This document shows, in pieces, positions 1 to 8,400 of a DNA stretch of 11,221 nt (positions within the stretch are counted from its first letter, which is position 1; every line of letters begins with the position of its first letter). A program made the position numbers and the translations under genes. The notes below the pieces were generated by a model that ran no database searches, had not been told where the DNA came from, and was given only the letters and a program-made list of their open reading frames with translations. This stretch comes from an uncultured Verrucomicrobiales bacterium (GTDB lineage: Bacteria; Verrucomicrobiota; Verrucomicrobiia; Verrucomicrobiales; DEV007): the NCBI GenBank assembly GCA_938091905.1, contig CALKOM010000003.1:1-11221 (forward strand), in the 5' to 3' direction.

Positions 1-62
1 CTAATCTTGTCGACGACATACCCGTCGAAATCGTATAAGGCTTTGATGTTCAGGACTTTCAC
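1..62 (-). CDS. Putative ISL3-family transposase, N-terminal 20 codons only
   Basis: GTG at 62-60 opens MKVLNIKALYDFDGYVVDKI, which stays open to the window edge. It resembles, from memory, ISL3 transposase N-termini upstream of the zinc finger. It is too short to be in the ORF track. Confidence 0.55.
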   Translation of the reverse strand, partial: MKVLNIKALYDFDGYVVDKI

Positions 63-141
63 AACCCAGATCTCAAGCTGATCTTGGCGGGTTTGTCACC
101 TATCCTGTTAGGATTTCATCCAGCAAACCTGACGGAGAGCC
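1..141 (-). mobile_element. Probable left end of an ISL3-family insertion sequence (partial, continues off the window)
   Basis: The minus strand from 141 reads GGCTCTCCGTCAGGTTTGCTGG, and GGCTCT is the typical ISL3 terminal inverted-repeat start. The TPR-like protein sequence stops at this point (...ATTGMKL|GSPSGLLDEILTG*). A new ORF with a transposase-like N-terminus starts about 80 nt inside. The right end and target duplication are not visible. Confidence 0.65.
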
Positions 142-504
142 CAGTTTCATACCAGTGGTTGCCGCAGCAATGGCCTCATCAAGCCTCCCCTGATTATCCA
201 AACTGGCCGCTAGCCAAAAGTGCATTTGCACATGATTTGTCCGTTTGAGTAGCTTACGTGCGGTCTGTTCTCCGTCCTTAAAACGTCCTAACTTCAACTC
301 ACAAACTAAGAGGTTCATGAGGGCGTCCTCATCGTCAGGGCGCCGTTCAAGATGTCGATACGACTCCGTAATAGCCTCCTCCAAGTTGCCCTTGATGCTG
401 CGCCCTTTAGAAAGGTATTGAAGCCGTGCTTTGATGTCGTTCAACTTCTTGCTCGGATCAAAGAGAAGCTGGATCAAAAGCTTTCTGGCAATATGTAAAT
501 CAGG

Positions 505-518
505 CTCTCTCTCTCTCT
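505..518. repeat. (CT)7/(AG)7 dinucleotide microsatellite at a frameshift site
   Basis: Plus strand 505-518 is CTCTCTCTCTCTCT. On the minus strand (AG)5 or (AG)8 would be in frame with the downstream TPR segment, whereas (AG)7 hits TGA at 500-502. Confidence 0.9.
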
Positions 519-959
519 AGCCCTCGTCTGAGCCAGTCCCTCGCTTCGAGCGTCACCTTGTCATCGGCATAGCAGTCGGCGATAAATAAATGTGCATAGG
601 CAATCCGCGAACTTGTTTCCGCAGCTCGTGTCAGATGACGTACGGCAGTATATCTATCTTTTTCCCGTCTCGCTACCATGCCAGCCAAGAAGTGGCCATA
701 CCAATGGTTAGGCTGAAGGCTGATCATTTCCTCAAGTTCTTCAGGCGCAACCGCTGTGCCTTTCTCCACCGCCGTTGACTCCAAGAGGTTGACTTCTTCT
801 TGATTCTCCCGTTCCGGAAGTGCTAGCGTCCGTATAGCCAAATTGTCAGGCCTGCCAAATGTATCTACATTCGCGACAAGAGGCTCCAAACGAATGAGTT
901 GTTTATGGTACTCTTGATCTGGAAGTTCGATCGTCAGTTGAGCCAATTTTTCTGGCGGC

Positions 960-1390
960 GCAATGACTGCCGCGCGAAGTTCGTGCAAACTCTTGTAAGG
1001 AAGCATCTCCCAGCCCTGAAACCAATTGGCGTCTTCGATGAGAACCTGTTCTAACATCTCGTCATAGCCTGCCATCACGGTGGCATGGCCTATGTAATTG
1101 TCCCGACCATGGGGCAGAAACTGCCCAACTAGCAAGACCGGATAGCCTGCATCGATCAAGGCTTTTATGCAGGCCACGGTTGGACCGAAGCATTTGTAAC
1201 TCACCTCCTCGGCTCGAGCATCAAGGTACCGCAACGCTTGGCCAAGATAGGGATCGTCACCGATGAACGAGCCAATTTTTAGGACGTCATTTGGAAGCTT
1301 CCAATATTCAAGAATCGTGGCCAGCGACTGTGGCAGGCAATACTCATCCTCTCTGCTGTGCCGTGCTTGAATGTGTGCCAGGCGAACCGA
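960..1390 (-). other. Peptidase C39-like domain within the TPR pseudogene (approximate bounds)
   Basis: The motifs IQA..EYCLPQSLATILEYW (Cys 1337-1339), IKALIDAGYPVLL, GHATVMAGYD (His 1085-1087) and VLIEDAN (Asp 1031-1033) match the C39/C39_2 pattern C.P.sL.m.l.Yw ... G.PV ... H..V..GYD ... D. Confidence 0.8.
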
Positions 1391-3038
1391 TTTTGTGGTT
1401 CTGTCATTACCTATCATTCGCTTATACAGGCGCTTAGTAGCCTCATCCTGACCAACGTTGCCTCCATGTTCAGATACAAATGCTGACAACACGTCAACCG
1501 CCTCTTCCAGCCGATAATGGGCCAAGGCAAGTTTGCGAGTGAGAAATCCAAGACGGCTCACTGAGCCTACATCCGACATGCGCTCCCGCGCTGCTTCCCA
1601 GTGAGAAATGGCCTTTTCAAGATCACGAAAGCCCATCTGTTCTAGCAGAGCAAGACTCCAGTGAGGCAACGCGAGTTCTGGATCTTCGGCCATCGCCTCA
1701 AGAAACTTTACCTTTGCGTCGTCTAGTTTGCCTTCCGCAGCCAGAAGTCTTCCAGATTGGCAGAGCCCTTCAGCGCGTCCTTGCGCCTCGTCTTCGATGA
1801 TAAGGTCTCCAGATTCATTACGTGAGACCGTGGGTGCCTGAGCGCTGGCCTTATCGCTCAGCGCTTCAGCGCGCTCAAGAGAGGCTTTCGCCTTCTCGTG
1901 GTTTCCGGTCTCCTTGTAGCAATGAGCAAGCGGGCGCAGATTAACAATCTGAAGGGCGGCTATTTGCCAATGCAGCTTCAAAGTAACGAATCCCATCGTC
2001 AAAACGTTCTTCATTGACCGCGACAATACCCAGCGAGTGGAACGTTTGAGGAAAGATGGGCTGCAAAGCCAACGCACGCGCGCCATACCGTTTGGCCTGC
2101 TCAAACTGGCCCAGCATAGCAGAGATATGTGCTTGCCTCGCCCAGCTAACTGGGGACAAGGGTTCGAGTCTCGTAAAGAGGTGAAACTTCTCGAGTCCTT
2201 GGGCTATCTCCCGGTTGAAGACCACATCAACCATCCCTGATACTGCTAGGAAATCTCCCCAAGGCTCCTGCTCTCGCCACGATGCGAGATGGGTCTTATT
2301 AAGTTCCTCTTGCTGTCGCCTGTCGCCAGCTCGTTCGCTACGTGTCCTGAGCACCAAGGCATCTTTGGCGTCGAGAGCAATCGCCCGATTTAAGAACTCG
2401 TCAGCGTCCTCAGGAAGATCTTCCTCCAAGCAGCGATAAGCCATTACTTGTCGGAAGACATCGTTAGGAGACTCGACAGCCCACTTACGAAACTTAGCAA
2501 TTCTCTCGTCCAGCCGCTCCAGACGTTCCAGGGTGTTGAAGTAGATCGAATGTATTTCCAAATCCTTCGGCCACCACTCCAGAGCAGGGAGAAGGGCTTT
2601 CTCTGCTTTCACCCACTTTCCTTGGCGATAGAGACAACGCGCCCATTCGCGAACAAGGAAACGATCAATCGGAGTGGCGACCAGTCCGTCTTGCAAGAGG
2701 CGTTCTTTCTCTCCGAAGTCGGCCGTGACGCGGGCGAGCAAGTAGAAGGCCGTTGATGACCGATCCTCGTTCAGCCGTTTCTGGTAGCTTTGGACCAGCT
2801 CCGCCTGACGTTTGTGAAAGACCTCGATGTTTTGATAGAGTTTATGAAGTTAGCGACTACCGCCCTCGATTACCGTTAACGCCGGTTCAATCAGTTTGAG
2901 CGCTGTCCCGGTATCCCCCTTTCGCCAGGCCTCGGTCGCTCGACTTAGAATCGAAGACTCTTCAGCCATCATTGGGCGACCGAACGGAACCCCGATCAAC
3001 AAGGCAACACTAAAAAACACCCTCACATTCATCACACA

Positions 3039-3044
3039 ACAATA
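3039..3044 (-). promoter_or_regulatory. Possible -10 box (TATTGT) for a leaderless transcript of the TPR/C39 gene
   Basis: TATTGT is followed by 6 nt and then ATG (3032). No Shine-Dalgarno is evident. The nearest -35-like TTGTCA (3066-3071) is 21 nt away, which is too far. Confidence 0.3.
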
Positions 3045-3083
3045 CTCACTAACGGACACGGTCATTGACAAGCAGAATCGGTC

Positions 3084-3866
3084 CTACTCGGTTCGCAGTT
3101 CAGGCAATCTAGCATTGGGTTTGAGACTACGATAAACCAGCGAGGGAAACTGGACGAAACGAGGATTCTTTTCCGACTCCAGCCACCGGACCAATGAAAT
3201 CATCCGCTTCTCAGGCATGGCCGTGCACCCCGCCGTGCCGACCGTTGGCCCTTTCCAGGTGTGGAGAAAGATGCAGGATCCTCGAGCGGGAAAGGGTTTC
3301 CAGTTGTGGGCAACGACGATGCCCCAGTCGTAAAACGGGTCCTTCCGCAACATGCTCTCGGCCCTTTGCCAGTCCGGCTTGCCGAGCTGAGCTTGGTCAA
3401 CGATTCTGTTGTAGTAGCGTGAGCGAGGATCATCGATTCCCCGCATTGTCGGCGACAGTTGCCGGTACGGAAACTGTGTGACCTTTGCCGACCTCGTCGA
3501 ACGTTTCCCGAACGCTTCGACAAGCGAGAAGATCCCAGCGGGTGCACACCCATCACCCTCACGTTTCACTCGAGCGGCCTTCGGCGGTGGGCCACCATGA
3601 TTTCCGATGCCCCAGGCCATGCCATTTCTCCCTACCACAATACGCCAAGGTCGCTCACGCTGTGTCCAGGAGGCCGCCTGATCTTTCCTGTCAAACCGCC
3701 ACAGCCTCCCCTCGACCGACTTCCAACTGTCGGTCACCACGACCAGCAGCTGTCGGCTCGTTGATAGAGTAGATTGATCAAGACGAAATAATGGCAATGT
3801 CGATTCGGCACCGAACGACGGGCACACTCCCAGTGCGAACAGTGCGATAGCCAAGGTTTTTGTCAT
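3084..3866 (-). CDS. L,D-transpeptidase catalytic-domain (YkuD-like) family protein, secreted
   Basis: 260 aa with an N-terminal signal peptide. It has the motifs VGRNGMAWG, KREGDGCAPAGIF, DDPRSRYYN and GSCIFLHTWKGPTVGTAGCTAM (His 3261-3263, Cys 3225-3227). Its start overlaps the upstream stop as ATGA at 3863-3866. Confidence 0.85.
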   Translation of the reverse strand: MTKTLAIALFALGVCPSFGAESTLPLFRLDQSTLSTSRQLLVVVTDSWKSVEGRLWRFDRKDQAASWTQRERPWRIVVGRNGMAWGIGNHGGPPPKAARVKREGDGCAPAGIFSLVEAFGKRSTRSAKVTQFPYRQLSPTMRGIDDPRSRYYNRIVDQAQLGKPDWQRAESMLRKDPFYDWGIVVAHNWKPFPARGSCIFLHTWKGPTVGTAGCTAMPEKRMISLVRWLESEKNPRFVQFPSLVYRSLKPNARLPELRTE

Positions 3867-5104
3867 CTTCGGGATGGTGGATTCTCCGGCTCTGGAACCA
3901 TGAGTTCACTGCTAACCAGCAGTTTCCGATTGTCTCTCACATCCACATACCAAACCGTGGCCTCCTTTGGTGGAGCTGGTCCTGTGATTGTGTTGCCGTC
4001 AAGGTCTAAAGCTACGGTCATCCATGCTCGGTCTTTGTTGCTCCGGTGCGAGCCCGTCGTGTAGTGGAGGCGCGCGGACACAAGCTTTGTGGCGGCTTTG
4101 ACAATGGCCGCTAACTTTCCAGCGCTCACCGATGGACGCGAGACCACCGCCATCGGAGTTGTGCCCAGCAAATACTGATCCACGAATCCAAAGAACTCAG
4201 GAAACTCAAAGAGATGCCCATGTGGCATCTTTAGTTGAATGCTATAGTTCTTCTCACCGGTAACGAGGGCACAAGTCTTCGCGTAGCTATCCATGGGATA
4301 GGCAAAGTCGTTCGTTCCATTGACAAACAAGACGGGCATCGTCGCCGCTCCTACATACTGCGAAGGATCCCAGAATGCGTGCCAGCTGTCCGCGTCTTGT
4401 TCCGCCATCTTGCTGAACTGAGATTCTTTCCATACACTGTTGTCACGCAGGAAACCACAGCCATAAACGGGCATCGTCACGGAGAAACGTTGATCCAAGC
4501 CGCTGACAATACATGTTAAGTAGCCTCCCCAACTAATACCTGTCAGTGCCGTCTTCTGTCCTTTGACTTCCTCAAAGCTACGCAGCAATGAATGCGCGCG
4601 GATGACATTTCCTACCGCATGGTATGTCCATCGGTCTTTCATTGTGTTCTCAATCACACCAAACTTCTCGGCATCAGTCTGACCCGGCCCTCCGTCAGGA
4701 ATGCGTTTGCCATCTACTCCACACCCAGCGAGATCCATCGCAATCGCAGCGTAGCCCCGCTTGGCCCACAGCTCCGCCCATTTCTCGAAAGCCCTCCCAC
4801 CACCACCATGCACGAGAACAATGCCAGGATAGTTCTGCGTCGTCGTCTGCACACCAAGCGTGGTCGGCGACGCATACCACGCGAAGACACGGGTCGGCTT
4901 TCCACGGTACACGTCACCCGGATAGGTCAATGGACGCACCTTGCGCGGCGACGCTGTATCGAGCCACTGAACCTCTGGAATGTTGCTTGTCAGCGCGCCA
5001 ACGTCCCAAGGAACGATCTTTGGAAGTGGAGATGGCTCCTTGGCCTCGCAACTCAAAACCGCCAGGACCAATCCGAAGAATGGTACTGTTACAATCAACT
5101 TCAT
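3863..5104 (-). CDS. Secreted alpha/beta-hydrolase (acetylxylan esterase / S9-like family), possibly a lipoprotein
   Basis: 413 aa. It has VLVHGGGG (oxyanion), TGISWGG (nucleophile Ser 4532-4534), NGTNDFAY (Asp) and PHGH (His). The hydrophobic N-terminus ends in AVLSC (lipobox-like). Confidence 0.85.
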   Translation of the reverse strand: MKLIVTVPFFGLVLAVLSCEAKEPSPLPKIVPWDVGALTSNIPEVQWLDTASPRKVRPLTYPGDVYRGKPTRVFAWYASPTTLGVQTTTQNYPGIVLVHGGGGRAFEKWAELWAKRGYAAIAMDLAGCGVDGKRIPDGGPGQTDAEKFGVIENTMKDRWTYHAVGNVIRAHSLLRSFEEVKGQKTALTGISWGGYLTCIVSGLDQRFSVTMPVYGCGFLRDNSVWKESQFSKMAEQDADSWHAFWDPSQYVGAATMPVLFVNGTNDFAYPMDSYAKTCALVTGEKNYSIQLKMPHGHLFEFPEFFGFVDQYLLGTTPMAVVSRPSVSAGKLAAIVKAATKLVSARLHYTTGSHRSNKDRAWMTVALDLDGNTITGPAPPKEATVWYVDVRDNRKLLVSSELMVPEPENPPSRR

Positions 5105-5165
5105 GAGGCATGACCTACACTGTCTAACCCGTCTCAGGAAACGAATTCCTCCGTTTTCTGAATTC

Positions 5166-5195
5166 TTGACTCCCTGTTTGCCATTGATCTAGCCT
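5166..5195 (+). promoter_or_regulatory. Sigma70-like promoter for a leaderless transcript of the 66-aa gene
   Basis: TTGACT (5166-5171), an 18-nt spacer, TAGCCT (5190-5195), 6 nt, then ATG 5202. No Shine-Dalgarno is present. Confidence 0.5.
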
Positions 5196-5201
5196 AACTA
5201 C

Positions 5202-5402
5202 ATGAACCTCCGCATGTTCCTCATTCTCATCTTCGCATGTGCCTGCGCTGGTGCTGCAGCGACTATCGTCACCAGACTGATTGATAAGGATGCCTCTCCA
5301 GCAGGAGCCGTCGGAGGAGCCACAGCGGGCACCGTGGCTGCTGTCCTAGCTACTCAGCGCAGTTCTAAAACGCGCAAAGAACAGAAAGAATCGAACGGTT
5401 AG
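5202..5402 (+). CDS. Small membrane protein (two hydrophobic Ala/Gly-rich segments, basic tail)
   Basis: The 66-aa ORF fills the gap between two minus-strand genes and has its own promoter-like element. It has hydrophobic segments MFLILIFACACAGAAATIV and AGAVGGATAGTVAAVLA followed by a K/R-rich C-terminus. Its TAG overlaps the convergent TAA (TTAG, 5399-5402). Confidence 0.7.
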   Translation: MNLRMFLILIFACACAGAAATIVTRLIDKDASPAGAVGGATAGTVAAVLATQRSSKTRKEQKESNG

Positions 5403-8400
5403 TCGCTCAACTCAAGTGTCGACCAAGGGGCGGAACGATCGGCCGTCGCCTTACGAATAATTGTCACCTCTTCCACGGTAACCGGAGACTCGATGTTACC
5501 ATACTTGGTGCGAATAAAAGAAAGGACCCTCGCAATTTCCTCATCCGTTAGGCCTGCGAGCGCCGGCATTGGAACAGCTCCTCGTTGAGCGCCAAAGGAG
5601 ACGCCATTGACCTCCAATGGGCCGGTCAATCCATGTAGAACAATCTTAATTAGCCGATCCTTGTCTCCGGCAATGCTTGGATTGTCGATCAATGGTGGAT
5701 AAATGCCAGGTAAGCCTTTGCCCTCCGGTTGATGACAAGCGAGACAAGATTTTTCGTAAACGGCCTCACCAGGCGACGCTTTGGTAGGCGCACTACCTCG
5801 CAAGTCTGCTAGATAGTTTCTCTGTCTCTGGCTTCCAAATTCAAGTTGATCGGATTCCAACAGAGTCTCCCATTGGGGTTGCAGAGCTCGCGCACTTTGG
5901 CGAATGGCATAGGTAAGAAAAGGATCCAACGGCTGATCAACGGCAGCTGCCACAATCTCGATCGCTTTGGCATCGGGCACGTAGCTAGCAGCAACGACGG
6001 TTTCGAGTCGTACTCGTGGATGCTCATCCATAACAGATTGTTTCAGTCCTCGAAGACCGCTTGGAAGACGATCCGCCCACATGCCTGCCACACGCGCACC
6101 GTAAGCACGGACTCGACCGTCTTTGGCACCCAGCAGCTTGGCCAGTAACTCCGGTCGAGGTGACTCATGCGCTTCATAAACGCCTATCAACTCGACCAGC
6201 AAGCGTTCTTCGGATGACTCCAAACCAGATAGCCAAGCATCGGCCGCCGCTAATACATCTTTTGTAGGCGCATCGAAGAGCAACCGTTTCGCTTGGTAGC
6301 GCGTCCAGCGTTCTGACGACCTGAGTTGCTCCAGGAGCTGACTAGGAGACATTTCTGCTAGCTTCAGCTGTTTGATAGTTTGATACCCGGTCGCGGTGAT
6401 CCGCCAGATGCGTCCATGGCTCTTGTCACGGTTTGGGTCAGCATAACTCGCTTGATAGTGGCCAATGACCGGATTGTACCAATCCGCGAGATACATGGCT
6501 CCATCAGGACCAATACTGACATCCACGGGGCGAAAAGCAGTGTTAGAAGACGACATGAGATCGGGCAACACACTCGATTTGAACCCAGCTCCGAAATCCT
6601 CTAACCGATGTAATTGGACAACATGGCCAAAGTACCCTCCCAGAAGAGCGCATCCCTGAATGTCTTCCGGCATGGCCTTGGTGCCGATGAAATCGATCGA
6701 CGTCGACTTTCTTGGCGTTTCAAATAGAGGGCCGACGGAATGGTACTGCTCTGGCGAGTTTCCATACGAGGCATTGGCTTCAGTCGTCGATCCCGATCCA
6801 ATGGGACTCGCTCCCCGTACCATACCCGGAACCGTCCAGTAACCATGTGCCCGATCTCCTGACTTGTGGAAGACTTGACCGTAGTCGTCAAAGGCCACGC
6901 CCCAACAATTTGCCCCTGCCATTCCCCCTCCAAAAAAACCTTCAAGTCGGAGCGTCCGTGGATTCAACCGCCAAACGGCAGAGCGATCTAGTCTAGCAAT
7001 GCCCCATGGAGATTCGACACGGGACATGGCATGCAATCCTTGCGTGAACCAAAGGGTACCGTCAGGGCCATGACATATGCTATTCAGCAATTGGTGGGTA
7101 TCGCTGATACCAAACCCTGAATAGACGAGGCGACGCAGATCGGCACGGCCATCGCCATCCGAGTCCTTCAGGTGAAGGAGTTTATCATAGTCACACACAT
7201 AGACACCACCATCACCAAGCTCAACGCCTTGGACCATGGTCAGCCCCTCTACGTAGCGCGATGATTGATCCGCTTGGCCGTCTCCATCCGTATCCTCTAG
7301 CACCACAATGTAGTCAGACGGCTTGGCGCCAGCCAGTGCCTGAGGATAGCTTGGAGAACAGGCGACGTAGAGGCGTCCGTGTTCATCCCAGCAGAACTGG
7401 GTCGGGTTGACCACACCATCCGCTTCACTAGCGAACAAATTGACCTCATAGCCTTTTGCCATCGTGAAGGTTGCCAGTTGCTCGTCAGGTGTCAGCGCGA
7501 CACTCTCATCAGCAGACGGAAACGGCTCTGGAAACTCTAACGGAGGCGCTGCATTCCCATTCGCTAATTGGAAAATACGCGCATCGGCTTTCTCAACCAG
7601 AGGTCGCTGCTTCTCGAAAGATCTCTGAAGATCAGGTGCCGTTCCGGCGCCCTTGCCATACTGACTGGTGATCCGATCGCCATAAACGAATGACCAGTTC
7701 GATGGTCGCCAGCAATCGAACCACAATTGATTCTTCTCGATGACAGCTGCCCTCAATTGATCATGATGACTGTTAGAATTTGGCTCACTAATCCCCAGAG
7801 CTCTCGCGATGCGTTCAGCTACCACCCGAAGTCCTTGTGCCGTGAGATGGATGCCATTGTTTGTCAGACGAACGGCGGCTGGCTCATTCGTGAGCGAGTC
7901 AAACAGATCGACCACAACAGCACCTCGCTGACGAGCGATCCCGTAAACTGCTTGAGCGTAGGCTTTCACCGTAGGATTATGTTCACGGAGATCTGGCGCG
8001 TGAGACGCCAGCGGTTTCTCGAAGGGCATTGGTGTGATCAACACCAGCTTCCGCGTCCTCATAGCAAAGGCATCGAGGAGCCGATGATAGGAGGCCGTAA
8101 ACTCTGACAGACGCTCCATTCCATCAAGCGCCTCCATCTGCCCAAACTGCGCTACCACCACCGTCGCACCAACAGCCTTTAACTGTTCTGACCAATTTCC
8201 AAAGTTCAATTCACGCCATTGTTCGTAGACCGTATCCGCCTCCCACGACATCGAGCGGAATCGCAACTGTTTGTCTTGAAAACCGGAAGCTAACAAAGCC
8301 TCCAGCTCCCCTACCGCTTGCATGCGCACCATGTTCTCTTGCCCCGCCACCACAATCACGTCTCCACCTGCCGGAGCGAATCTTCCATCCGGAAACGCTT

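Larger units (their letters stand above)
142..3032 (-). pseudogene. Disrupted secreted TPR-repeat protein with a central C39-like (papain-fold) cysteine peptidase domain
   Basis: ORFs 2850..3071, 1941..2741, 500..2104 and 100..477 join into one TPR-like protein. ATG 3032 gives a signal peptide (MNVRVFFSVALLIGVPFGRPMMA-EE). An in-frame TAA lies at 2850-2852 (GGSR*LHKLYQNIEVFHKRQAELVQSYQKRLNEDRSSTAFYLLARV). A +1 frameshift lies near 1963-1965 (FEAALA|IAALQIVNLRPLAHCY). An (AG)7 frameshift lies at 505-518 (GLERE|PDLHIARKLLIQLLF). The gene is truncated at 142 by the IS-like end. Confidence 0.85.

Noticed and set aside
6932..6938. A7 homopolymer in the 1230-aa gene
   Set aside because: It is in frame (GFFG codons) with no sign of disruption.
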